Translations under genes and position numbers: made by a program
Source of the DNA: an uncultured Gemmatimonadales bacterium
Lineage (GTDB): Bacteria; Gemmatimonadota; Gemmatimonadetes; Gemmatimonadales; GWC2-71-9
Reading direction: 5' to 3'
NCBI GenBank assembly: GCA_963795085.1
Contig: CAWCFX010000004.1
Coordinates: 448,001-512,000 of the forward strand
DNA length: 64,000 bases
In this document: piece by piece, positions 11,007-19,457 of the stretch
How positions within the stretch are numbered: the first letter of the stretch is position 1
Layout of the letters: every line of letters begins with the position of its first letter
Notes under the pieces: model-generated
The model's database searches: none
The model's input: the letters and a program-made list of their open reading frames with translations, nothing else
What the model was told of the DNA's origin: nothing

Positions 11007-12233
11007 ATGACCTTCACATTCGACATGATCCAGACCACCGCCCTGGCCGCGGTGGTCCTCTTCGCCGGCTACGAGATTCGCCGCCGGGTCGCCGTACTCG
11101 ACCGCTTCAATATCCCCGCCCCTGTCGTCGGCGGGTTTCTGTTTGCGGCGCTGGCACTGGCGCTCCGACAGGCGGGTCTCGTCACCCTCGAGTTCGACAC
11201 CACCCTGCAGTCGCCCTTCATGATCGCTTTCTTTACCGCGATCGGTTTGGGCGCCAGTCTGGGCCTGCTCAAGATCGGGGGCCCCCAGGTGCTCACCTTC
11301 TGGCTGCTGGCCTCGGTGGTGGCCGTCATTCAGAACGCGGTCGGGGTCGGTCTCGCCACCGCGATGGACGTGCATCCCTTCCTCGGCCTGGTGACCGGCT
11401 CCATCACCATGACCGGCGGGCACGGCACCGGCGCCGCGTTCGGCAAGCTGCTGGAAGAACAGTACCAGTTCCCCGGCGCGGTCACCCTGGCCATGGCCGC
11501 CGCCACCTTCGGGCTGGTCGCAGGCGGGCTGATCGGCAGCCCCATCGGGACCCGGCTGATCGGGCGCGGCGGTCTCAAGCCGGCGCCGACCCCGGTCGTC
11601 GGGGCGCCGCGGGGGTTCGAGGCGGCGGCCGTGAACGAGGAGATCTCGCCCGAGGCGCCGGGCGAGGCGCCCACTGCCTACCTCCTGATGAAGATTCTCA
11701 CCATCATCCTGGTCTGCATGTGGCTGGGCGGGCTCCTCTCCCAGTGGCTGGGGCAGTTCGTCACCCTTCCGGGCTACATCGGCGCTATGATTGTCGCGGC
11801 GGTGTTCCGGAACCTCGCGGACCTGTCGAAGACCGTGCGGATCGAGGCGCGGGTCGTGGACGACCTGGGCACCATCGCGCTGTCGCTCTTTCTCACCATG
11901 GCGCTTATGACGCTCCGGCTCTGGGAGCTGCTCGACCTGGCGCTGCCGATGTTCGTCATTCTTATCGTCCAAGTGGCGATGCTGGCCGCCTTTGCCTACT
12001 GGATCACGTTCCGGGTCATGGGGCGGGACTACGACGCGGCCGTCATGGCCGGCGGCCACTGCGGGTTCGGGTTGGGCGCCACGCCCAACGCGGTAGCCAA
12101 CATGCGCTCCCTGGAGGAGCGCTTCGGCCCCGCGCCGCGGGCCTTTCTCGTCCTGCCCATGGTCGGCGCCTTTTTCATCGACTTTACCAATGCGCTCATC
12201 ATCACGACCTGGATCAACCTGGTAAAACCCTGA
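11007..12233 (+). CDS. gltS: Sodium/glutamate symporter (GltS family)
   Basis: 408 aa polytopic membrane protein with FNIPAPVVGG, GSITMTGGHGTGAAF, AATFGLVAGGLIGSP, GHCGFGLGATPNAVANM and VPMVGAFFIDF-like motifs. Confidence 0.93.
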   Translation: MTFTFDMIQTTALAAVVLFAGYEIRRRVAVLDRFNIPAPVVGGFLFAALALALRQAGLVTLEFDTTLQSPFMIAFFTAIGLGASLGLLKIGGPQVLTFWLLASVVAVIQNAVGVGLATAMDVHPFLGLVTGSITMTGGHGTGAAFGKLLEEQYQFPGAVTLAMAAATFGLVAGGLIGSPIGTRLIGRGGLKPAPTPVVGAPRGFEAAAVNEEISPEAPGEAPTAYLLMKILTIILVCMWLGGLLSQWLGQFVTLPGYIGAMIVAAVFRNLADLSKTVRIEARVVDDLGTIALSLFLTMALMTLRLWELLDLALPMFVILIVQVAMLAAFAYWITFRVMGRDYDAAVMAGGHCGFGLGATPNAVANMRSLEERFGPAPRAFLVLPMVGAFFIDFTNALIITTWINLVKP

Positions 12234-12273
12234 CCATGGGGCGCAATTCCCGGTGTGTGTGGCGCGCAGTACC

Positions 12274-14130
12274 ATGATGGTCCCACAGCTTTTCCTGGCG
12301 GCGCTGGCGCTGGTCCTGCTGCCCGTGCTCCCTCCGGCGGGCCGGGACCCGCCGACCCGCGTCGTCCCCAATGACAACCAGGCCCCCGCCGGAATCCGGC
12401 GAGGCGATACCCTCGAGATCGCGCTCGAGGTCCGGATGGGAACCTGGTATCCGGAAGCGGACAGCGGCCCCGGTATCGAGGTGGCCGCCCTGGCCGAAGC
12501 GGGGTCGGCGCCATCCATACCGGGGCCCCTGGTACGAGTTCCGGCCGGTACGGCAATCGTGGCGACCGTCACCAACCTGCTTCCTGATTCCACCATCGCT
12601 GTCCATGGCCTGGCGACCCATCCTGTCCCGCCCGGCGACAGCCTGGTACTCCGGCCCGGGGAGTCGCGCACGGTTCGCTTCACTGCCGGCGCCCCGGGGA
12701 CCTATCTCTATCGCGCGGTACTCGGCCACTACGTCCTCGACCGCCAGCGGAGCGACGAGCGGGACCAGCTGGCCGGCGCGTTCATCGTGGATCCCCCGGG
12801 CGGATCGCCGGCCGACCGGATACTGGTGATCAACATCTGGGGCGGTCGCCAGGACTCGGTCCGGTGGCACCCGGCCGACTACCGGAACGCCCTGGCGATC
12901 AACGGGCGGTCCTGGCCGTACACCGAACGATTGGAGGCGACGACTGGCGATACCGTCCGCTGGCGGGTGATCAATGCCAGCGGACGGACCCACCCCATGC
13001 ACCTGCACGGGTTCTACTTCCGGGTGCACGCCCGGGGCGATGGGGGGGCGGACACGCTCTACACGGCCGAGCAGAAACGGGAGGCCGTGACCGAGGTCAT
13101 GGGTCCGCTGTCCTCCATGGCAATGAGCTTCGTTCCTGACCGGCCGGGGAACTGGCTGTTCCACTGTCACGTGGGATTCCACGTCATCCCGGAATCCCGG
13201 CTGGACCACGCCCGGGGAGCGTCCCATGCGGGTCATTCGGCGGACGCCGGGGAGCACATGTCCGGCCTCATCAGCGGGCTCGTGGTTCGGCCGGGAGCCG
13301 GCTGGACGGAATCGGCCAGGCCTGACGGGCGCCGGATGCGGCTCTTCGTGCAGGAGGGACGACGGCGGCACCGGGCGCCCCGGACCTTGTCCTACGTGCT
13401 GGAGGAGGGCGGCCGCCCGCCCGCCGCCGACTCGGTCGTCGTGCCCGGCTCTTCCCTGGTGCTCACCCGGGGCCAGGCGACGGATATCGTGGTCGTCAAC
13501 CGGATGAGGGAGCCGACGGCCGTCCACTGGCACGGTATCGAACTGGAGAGTTTTTCCGACGGCGTGGCCGGTTGGAGCGGCACCGACGGCACGCTGGCGC
13601 CCGTCATCGCGCCCGGTGACTCGTTCGTCGCCCGGCTGACGCTGCCCCGGGCCGGCACTTTCATTTATCACACCCACCACAATGACCTGGAGCAACTCAC
13701 GTCCGGCCTCTACGGCGCGATCCTCGTTCTGGAGCCGGGAACGCCATTCGATGCCCGCCGCGACCATCCTTTCGTGGTGGGCTGGGATGGCAACTTTCTT
13801 CCCGCCAGGCAGGTCGTCAATGGCGACTCGCTGCCGGCTCCGCTTCACCTGGTGCCTGGGGTGTCGCACCGGTTCCGGCTGGTCAACATCGGCGCGGCCC
13901 AGCCTGCCGTGTTTGTGCTGAGCCGGGACGGAGAACTGGTCCAGTGGCGCCGGGTCGCCAAGGACGGGGCGGATCTGCCCGCTCACCAGGCGCGGATGGC
14001 ACCGGCGCGGCAACTGGTGCAGGTGGGCGAGACCTACGACATACTGTTTGATCCGATGCCGGGGGAATACCAGTTGCAGGTGAGTTTCCAGGGCCGGCCT
14101 TTCTACACGCGCCGGATCGTGGTCCCCTGA
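12274..14130 (+). CDS. Multicopper oxidase, paralog 2 (same architecture as 8825-10669)
   Basis: Signal-like N-terminus. Motifs HPMHLHG, WLFHCHVGFH, AVHWHG, GTFIYHTHH. Colinear with paralog 1. Confidence 0.85.
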   Translation: MMVPQLFLAALALVLLPVLPPAGRDPPTRVVPNDNQAPAGIRRGDTLEIALEVRMGTWYPEADSGPGIEVAALAEAGSAPSIPGPLVRVPAGTAIVATVTNLLPDSTIAVHGLATHPVPPGDSLVLRPGESRTVRFTAGAPGTYLYRAVLGHYVLDRQRSDERDQLAGAFIVDPPGGSPADRILVINIWGGRQDSVRWHPADYRNALAINGRSWPYTERLEATTGDTVRWRVINASGRTHPMHLHGFYFRVHARGDGGADTLYTAEQKREAVTEVMGPLSSMAMSFVPDRPGNWLFHCHVGFHVIPESRLDHARGASHAGHSADAGEHMSGLISGLVVRPGAGWTESARPDGRRMRLFVQEGRRRHRAPRTLSYVLEEGGRPPAADSVVVPGSSLVLTRGQATDIVVVNRMREPTAVHWHGIELESFSDGVAGWSGTDGTLAPVIAPGDSFVARLTLPRAGTFIYHTHHNDLEQLTSGLYGAILVLEPGTPFDARRDHPFVVGWDGNFLPARQVVNGDSLPAPLHLVPGVSHRFRLVNIGAAQPAVFVLSRDGELVQWRRVAKDGADLPAHQARMAPARQLVQVGETYDILFDPMPGEYQLQVSFQGRPFYTRRIVVP

Positions 14131-14183
14131 TCGCACACTTGCCTCACCTCCCCCGAACGGGGATCTTTGAGGCCACCCTCTAC

Positions 14184-14252
14184 ATGGCCAAGCTGCTGAC
14201 TAATACATACGTACCGGTCCAGGGCAGACCCCCGCTGCCGGGTCAATCTTGA
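14184..14252 (+). other. Putative leader ORF (22 aa) whose TGA overlaps the TTG start of K1
   Basis: MAKLLTNTYVPVQGRPPLPGQS*, TTGA overlap at 14249-14252. Confidence 0.35.
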
Positions 14253-16870
14253 GCCTGCCCGCCGGCCTCGTGACCGCCCTGGCCGACCGCTACCGCCTCG
14301 AGCGGGAGCTGGGGCAGGGCGGCATGGCCACCGTATACCTCGCCGAGGACCTTCGGCACGACCGCAAGGTCGCGGTCAAGGTGCTGCGGCCGGACATTTC
14401 CGCCATCCTGGGCGGCGAGCGGTTCCTCGCCGAGATCAAGACCACGGCCAACCTGCAGCACCCGCACATCCTTCCGCTCCACGACTCGGGCGAGGCGGCG
14501 GGCATGGTGTACTACGTCATGCCCTATGTCCAGGGGGAAAGCCTGCGGGACCGTCTCGTCCGGGACCACCAGCTGCCGGTGGACGAGGCGGTCCGGATCG
14601 GCCGGGAGATCGCCGACGCGCTGCAGTACGCCCACGAGCACGGCATTGTCCACCGGGACATCAAGCCGGAGAACATCCTGCTCCACGGCGGCCACGCGAT
14701 GGTGGCCGATTTCGGGATTGCGCTGGCCGCCAGCCGGAGCGACGGCGCGAGCCGGATGACCGAGACCGGCATGTCGCTGGGCACGCCCCACTACATGGCG
14801 CCCGAGCAGGCCATGGGTGAGCGCGAGATCACGCCGCGCTGCGACGTGTATGCCCTGGGCTGCGTGGTCTACGAGATGCTGGCCGGCGAGCCGCCTTTCA
14901 CCGGGCCCACCGCGCAGGCGATCATCGCCCGGGTGATGACCGAAGAGCCGCGGAGCCTGGCGATCCAGCGGCGGTCGGTGCCGGAGTACGTCGAGGCCGC
15001 GGTCAATCATGCGCTGGAGAAGCTGCCCGCCGACCGGTTTCCCACCGCCCGGGCCTTCGGCGAGGCGCTGGCCGGCCCGGTCACTGCCGCCGCAGGCTGG
15101 TCCCGCTCCTCCACCGCTGCCCGCCGGGTCGATCGGTCGTCTCCCTTGCGCCGGGGTCTTCCTTATCTATTAACCGCGCTGGGACTGCTGGCGGGTGTCC
15201 TGATCGGCAGTCGGCTGGGGGAGAAGGCGGCGCCGCCCCGACCGCTCCGGCTGGTGGTGCCCATCCCCGCCGAGACTCCGCCGGTGGCCATCCGGCTCTC
15301 GCCGGATGGAAGCACCCTCGCGTACATCAGCGGCCAGGGCGGGCGGCTGGCGATTTACGTCCGCCGGCTGGACGAGCTGGCGGCTCGCCGCCTCGAGGGA
15401 ACCGAGGACGCGTTCACCCTCAGCTTCTCCCCCGACGGGGAATACATCGCCTTCATGGTGGGAACCACCGCCCGGCGAGTACCCGTGCGCGGCGGAGCGG
15501 CGGTGGGGATCCCGGTGCAGACCGCGGCGGGGACCGTCACCGCCGCCCTGGAGTACGCCGGTCCCGACCGGTTCGTCATGAGCACGCAGGACGGCCTGGT
15601 CAGGGTGGGGCCGAACGGCGAGCTGGAGCTGTTCGCCCGGCAGGATTCCGCGGCCGGCGAGTCCGCCCTCTCCCTCAACCAGGTCCTGCCCGATGGGTGG
15701 GTGCTGGGGCGGAGCTGGACTGAGCCGCCCTACGGACCAATCCTCGCCTTCGATCCGGCCTCCGGAAAGCGGATCGTGATCGCCCCGGTCGTCGCGTCGT
15801 GGGCCGGATATGCCGACGGAGTCCTCGCCTGGACCCTGGCCGACGGGGCGCTCTATGCGGCGCCGTTCGATCTCGAGAACAAGCGGCTCGCCGGCCCTGC
15901 CCGCCCGGTCGGAGCCACGGTGCTCTCCGTACTCGGGTTCGTCCCACCGGTAACGATCGCGCCCGGCGGCCTGGCCTACGTTCCGACCCGCCCGCGATCC
16001 CTGGTGAAGATCTCCCGGGGTGGAGAGGTGACCCCCCTGCTCGAATCCGACCGGACCTACCACGACCCCCGGGTGTCCCCTGACGGGCGGCGAATCGCGC
16101 TGGACCTGACCGACCAGGAGCGCGATATCTGGCTCCTCGACATCGCCGATGCCACGCTGACCCGGTTCGGCTTCGATTCCGTGGCGCACGATGCCGAGTG
16201 GATGCCCGATGGACGGGGCCTCCTGTTCGCGGCCATCCGGGGCGGGAAGATCGGGGTCTTTCGGCGGCGGTTCGATTCGGGCGGCGCGGCGGACTCGGTC
16301 TTCGTCGGCCCCCAGCAGGTGACCATCCATACCTTGACTGCCGACGGCCGCACCGGCATCGGCGTCTCGCTCGATGCCGGGAGTTTCGACATCGTGTCCA
16401 TGGATCTCGCCGGGAACGACCCGACCCCTCGGCCCATCCTCCAGTCCCGGTACTCCGAGGGCTGGCCCGCGCTCTCGCCGGACGGCCGGTGGCTGGCGTA
16501 CCAGTCGGACGAGTCGGGACGGCAGGAGGTGTATATCCGGTCCTGGCCGGGCCTGGGGAACAAGGTCCAGGTGTCCCAGGGGGGCAGCGAGCCGGCCTGG
16601 TCGCCCGATGGGCGGGAACTGTTCTACCGGTCGGTGGGTGAGGGCCAGGAGTGGCTGGTCGCCGCCACGCTGGAGTGGGGCGACGTGCCGCGGGTCCGCT
16701 CCCGGGCCCGGCTCTTCGGCGTCGATAACATCGAGTTCGCCACCCCCCACCGGAATTACGACGTTTTTCCCGACGGCCGCTCCTTCGTGATGGTGCGCCA
16801 GGGGCAGCCGGACCAGCGGGCGGAGGTGGTGTACCTGCAAAATCTCCACCAGCTCGCCGGCACGCGATGA
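14249..16870 (+). CDS. K1: Ser/Thr protein kinase + TM + TolB/PD40-like beta-propeller
   Basis: ELGQGGMATVY, VAVK, HRDIKPEN, DFG, APE. Hydrophobic segment LPYLLTALGLLAGVLIG, followed by SPDG-type repeats. Confidence 0.93.
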   Translation: MSLPAGLVTALADRYRLERELGQGGMATVYLAEDLRHDRKVAVKVLRPDISAILGGERFLAEIKTTANLQHPHILPLHDSGEAAGMVYYVMPYVQGESLRDRLVRDHQLPVDEAVRIGREIADALQYAHEHGIVHRDIKPENILLHGGHAMVADFGIALAASRSDGASRMTETGMSLGTPHYMAPEQAMGEREITPRCDVYALGCVVYEMLAGEPPFTGPTAQAIIARVMTEEPRSLAIQRRSVPEYVEAAVNHALEKLPADRFPTARAFGEALAGPVTAAAGWSRSSTAARRVDRSSPLRRGLPYLLTALGLLAGVLIGSRLGEKAAPPRPLRLVVPIPAETPPVAIRLSPDGSTLAYISGQGGRLAIYVRRLDELAARRLEGTEDAFTLSFSPDGEYIAFMVGTTARRVPVRGGAAVGIPVQTAAGTVTAALEYAGPDRFVMSTQDGLVRVGPNGELELFARQDSAAGESALSLNQVLPDGWVLGRSWTEPPYGPILAFDPASGKRIVIAPVVASWAGYADGVLAWTLADGALYAAPFDLENKRLAGPARPVGATVLSVLGFVPPVTIAPGGLAYVPTRPRSLVKISRGGEVTPLLESDRTYHDPRVSPDGRRIALDLTDQERDIWLLDIADATLTRFGFDSVAHDAEWMPDGRGLLFAAIRGGKIGVFRRRFDSGGAADSVFVGPQQVTIHTLTADGRTGIGVSLDAGSFDIVSMDLAGNDPTPRPILQSRYSEGWPALSPDGRWLAYQSDESGRQEVYIRSWPGLGNKVQVSQGGSEPAWSPDGRELFYRSVGEGQEWLVAATLEWGDVPRVRSRARLFGVDNIEFATPHRNYDVFPDGRSFVMVRQGQPDQRAEVVYLQNLHQLAGTR

Positions 16871-16920
16871 CGTCCCGCCGCGGCACCGATAAGCTCCCCT
16901 CTCGACCGCGACTGGCATGA
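16867..16920 (+). other. Putative relay ORF (17 aa) with ATGA overlaps at both ends
   Basis: MTSRRGTDKLPSRPRLA*. Its ATG overlaps the K1 stop and its TGA overlaps ATG 16917. Confidence 0.4.
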
Positions 16921-17141
16921 CGGTGGACGGGTCGCTCGCCGCCGCCTTGGCCGACCGCTACCGCATCGAGCGGGCCGCGACTCACGTCGCTGCTCGGCAC
17001 GCCATCGCTTCGCGATTCCGCCTGTTCGAGAATCCTTCGGGCGGGAATTTCCGAAATAGATGGACTCACCAAGTGAAGTCGCTCCGCGACGTTGTGCCGA
17101 GCAGCGACGTAAATCGTGATTGCGGCGAGGTGGATGAATGA
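16917..17141 (+). CDS. False-start mini-ORF 1 (74 aa): kinase N-terminus followed by hairpin-encoded sequence
   Basis: MTVDGSLAAALADRYRIER|AATHVAARHAIASR...VPSSD. Its stop overlaps the K2 ATG. Homologous to 32166-32390 and 35029-35244. Confidence 0.5.
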   Translation: MTVDGSLAAALADRYRIERAATHVAARHAIASRFRLFENPSGGNFRNRWTHQVKSLRDVVPSSDVNRDCGEVDE

Positions 17142-17195
17142 CCACCGCGGAGCGCCTTGCCCAGGCCCTGGCCGACCGCTACCGCATCGAGCGGG
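16944..17195. repeat. Hairpin element copy 1 with flanking direct repeats
   Basis: Perfect 17 bp inverted repeat ACGTCGCTGCTCGGCAC (16984-17000) / GTGCCGAGCAGCGACGT (17094-17110). The 31 bp direct repeats at 16944-16974 and 17165-17195 are 30/31 identical, 221 bp apart. Confidence 0.85.
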
Positions 17196-19456
17196 AGCTG
17201 GGCGCCGGCGGCATGGCTACCGTGTACCTGGCCCACGACCTCCGCCACGACCGAAAGGTCGCCATCAAGGTCCTCCGGCCCGAGCTGGCCGCCGTGATCG
17301 GGGCGGAGCGGTTTCTCGCCGAGATCAGGGTGACGGCCAACCTGCAGCATCCCAACCTGCTGCCGCTCTTCGACTCGGGCGCGGCCGGGAGCTTTCTCTA
17401 TTATGTAATGCCCTTTGTCGAGGGCGAAACGCTGCGCCACCGGCTGGAGCGGGAGCGGCAGCTCCCGGTGGAGGAAGTCGTTCGCATCGTGACGCTGCTG
17501 TCGGGGGCGCTGGACTATGCCCACGCGCACGGAGTCATCCACCGTGACTTGAAACCGGAGAACATCCTGCTCCAGGCCGGCCAGCCGGTGATCGCCGATT
17601 TCGGCATCGCGCTGGCCGTGGCCCAGGCCGGCGGCGCTCGGGTCACCGAGACCGGTCTCTCCCTCGGCACCCCGCACTACATGAGCCCGGAACAGGCGGC
17701 GGGGGAACGGGAGATCACGGCGCACTCGGACCAGTACTCATTGGCGGCGGTGACGTACGAGCTGCTGAGCGGCGAGCCCCCGCACACCGGGCCCACGGCG
17801 CAGGTTATCGTGGCCCGCCTGATGACGGAGCGACCGCGCCGTCTCCGGGCGACCCGCTCGGCGGTGCCGCCGAGCGTTGATGCCGCGGTCGCTCGGGCGC
17901 TGAACAAGACGCCGGCGGATCGCTTCCCGTCCTGCGGCGCCTTTGCCCAGGCCATGGTGGCCCGGGCAACCCGGCGCCGGGTGGCCGGGTTCCTGGCTGC
18001 CGCCGCGCTCGCCGGGCTGGCGCTGACCGCTGCAGCCCTGTTTCTCCGGGGCCGTGAGCCGGCGGCGAGCGGCGGCGCGACACAATCGCTCGCCGTCCTT
18101 CCGTTGACCAACCTGAGCGGCGACCCGGCGGACGATTACTTCGGGATCGGCCTCGCGGAAGAGATGACCCGTGCCATCGCCCAGACTGGTGTCCGGGTGA
18201 TCGGGCGGGTCAGTGCAGGGGCGCTGCAGGCCCGGGGTCTCGACGAGCGCGCAATCGCGGAGGAACTGGGGGTCACCTCCCTCCTCACCGGTACGGTCCA
18301 GCGCTCCTCCGGCCAGGTGCGGATCAGCGTCACCCTGGTGTCGGCCAGTGATGGCGCTGTCCGCTGGAGCGAGCGGTACGACCGGCCCGTGGCCAACGTG
18401 TTCGCCGTGCAGGACGAGATCGCCGGCACCGTGGCCTCAACCCTGCTCGGCTCACTGAACCGCCGGGCCACCCCGGCTCGCCAGGCGGAGACGACCGACC
18501 CCGAGGCCCACGCCCTTTTCCTCCAGGGGCAGGTGCTCTTCAACCGGCGGGGCGCGGCCAACCTGCGCCAGGCGATCGTCCTCTTCGAGCGCGCCGCGGC
18601 GCGCGATCCAGGCTATGCCCGGGCCCAGGCGTCGCTGGCGATGGCGCAAGCCGTCCTCCCGGCCTACGTGGTGGACAGCACCCCGGAGATTCTCGCCAGC
18701 GCGGTCGCGGCGGCCGAGCGGGCCATCGCCATGGACTCGACCATCCCCGAGTCGTATACCGCGCTGGGCTACGGGTATTCGCTGCTGGGACAATTGCGCC
18801 GGGCCGAGCTCAACTTCCGTCGTTCGCTGGCGCTCGATTCAACCGTATCCACGACTTGGGGATGGTATTCGCTGCTCTCCAGCCGGCTGGGCGAGTTCCG
18901 GGAGGCCCAGGCCCAGGTGGCGCGGGGGCGCGAGCTGGAGCCGGCCTCCATGATCGCCCGGATCTGGGAAGCCCAGATCCTCCATGCCGAGGGCCGGTTT
19001 GCCGAGGCCGATTCGCTGGCCAGCGCCACCATGGCCATGGACTCGACGTTCCTGCTGGCCTGGACCTGGCGGGCCAACGCCCTGATGGCCATGGGGCAGA
19101 CGGCGCTCGCCGTGTCGCTGCTGGAGCGCCAGGTGGCGAAGCTGCCGCCCGTGGGTCGGCCCGAGCAGGCGCATGGCCAGCTCGCCTATGCCTACGCCAT
19201 CGCCGGCAGAATCCCCGAGGCGCGCGCGATGCTCCGGACGATCCGGGCGAGAAACGGCGGCGACCTTCCCGCCTTCGGTGCCGTGGCCGCGACGCTGGAA
19301 GAGCTGGGCGACCACGAGGAGGCCGTGGAGGTCCTGGGCCGGGCGATCAGCCGGAGCGACACCTGGACCGTCCAGTTCCCCCGGGTGGCGCAATATGCCC
19401 GGCTGCGGCGGGACCCGCGCGCGGCGGCCATGCTCGACCGACTGGCGGTGCGGTAA
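17138..19456 (+). CDS. K2: Ser/Thr kinase + TM + TolB-N-like domain + TPR
   Basis: HRDLKPEN, DFG. TM VAGFLAAAALAGLALTAAALFL. SLAVLPLTNLSGDPADDYFGIGLAEE, then helical TPR-like repeats. Confidence 0.92.
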   Translation: MTTAERLAQALADRYRIERELGAGGMATVYLAHDLRHDRKVAIKVLRPELAAVIGAERFLAEIRVTANLQHPNLLPLFDSGAAGSFLYYVMPFVEGETLRHRLERERQLPVEEVVRIVTLLSGALDYAHAHGVIHRDLKPENILLQAGQPVIADFGIALAVAQAGGARVTETGLSLGTPHYMSPEQAAGEREITAHSDQYSLAAVTYELLSGEPPHTGPTAQVIVARLMTERPRRLRATRSAVPPSVDAAVARALNKTPADRFPSCGAFAQAMVARATRRRVAGFLAAAALAGLALTAAALFLRGREPAASGGATQSLAVLPLTNLSGDPADDYFGIGLAEEMTRAIAQTGVRVIGRVSAGALQARGLDERAIAEELGVTSLLTGTVQRSSGQVRISVTLVSASDGAVRWSERYDRPVANVFAVQDEIAGTVASTLLGSLNRRATPARQAETTDPEAHALFLQGQVLFNRRGAANLRQAIVLFERAAARDPGYARAQASLAMAQAVLPAYVVDSTPEILASAVAAAERAIAMDSTIPESYTALGYGYSLLGQLRRAELNFRRSLALDSTVSTTWGWYSLLSSRLGEFREAQAQVARGRELEPASMIARIWEAQILHAEGRFAEADSLASATMAMDSTFLLAWTWRANALMAMGQTALAVSLLERQVAKLPPVGRPEQAHGQLAYAYAIAGRIPEARAMLRTIRARNGGDLPAFGAVAATLEELGDHEEAVEVLGRAISRSDTWTVQFPRVAQYARLRRDPRAAAMLDRLAVR

Positions 19457-19457
19457 G

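Noticed and set aside
19173..19457. N-terminal extension of K3 (and similarly 8396-8824 for MCO1)
   Set aside because: It overlaps the upstream gene out of frame and has low-complexity sequence. The downstream ATG aligns with the paralogs.
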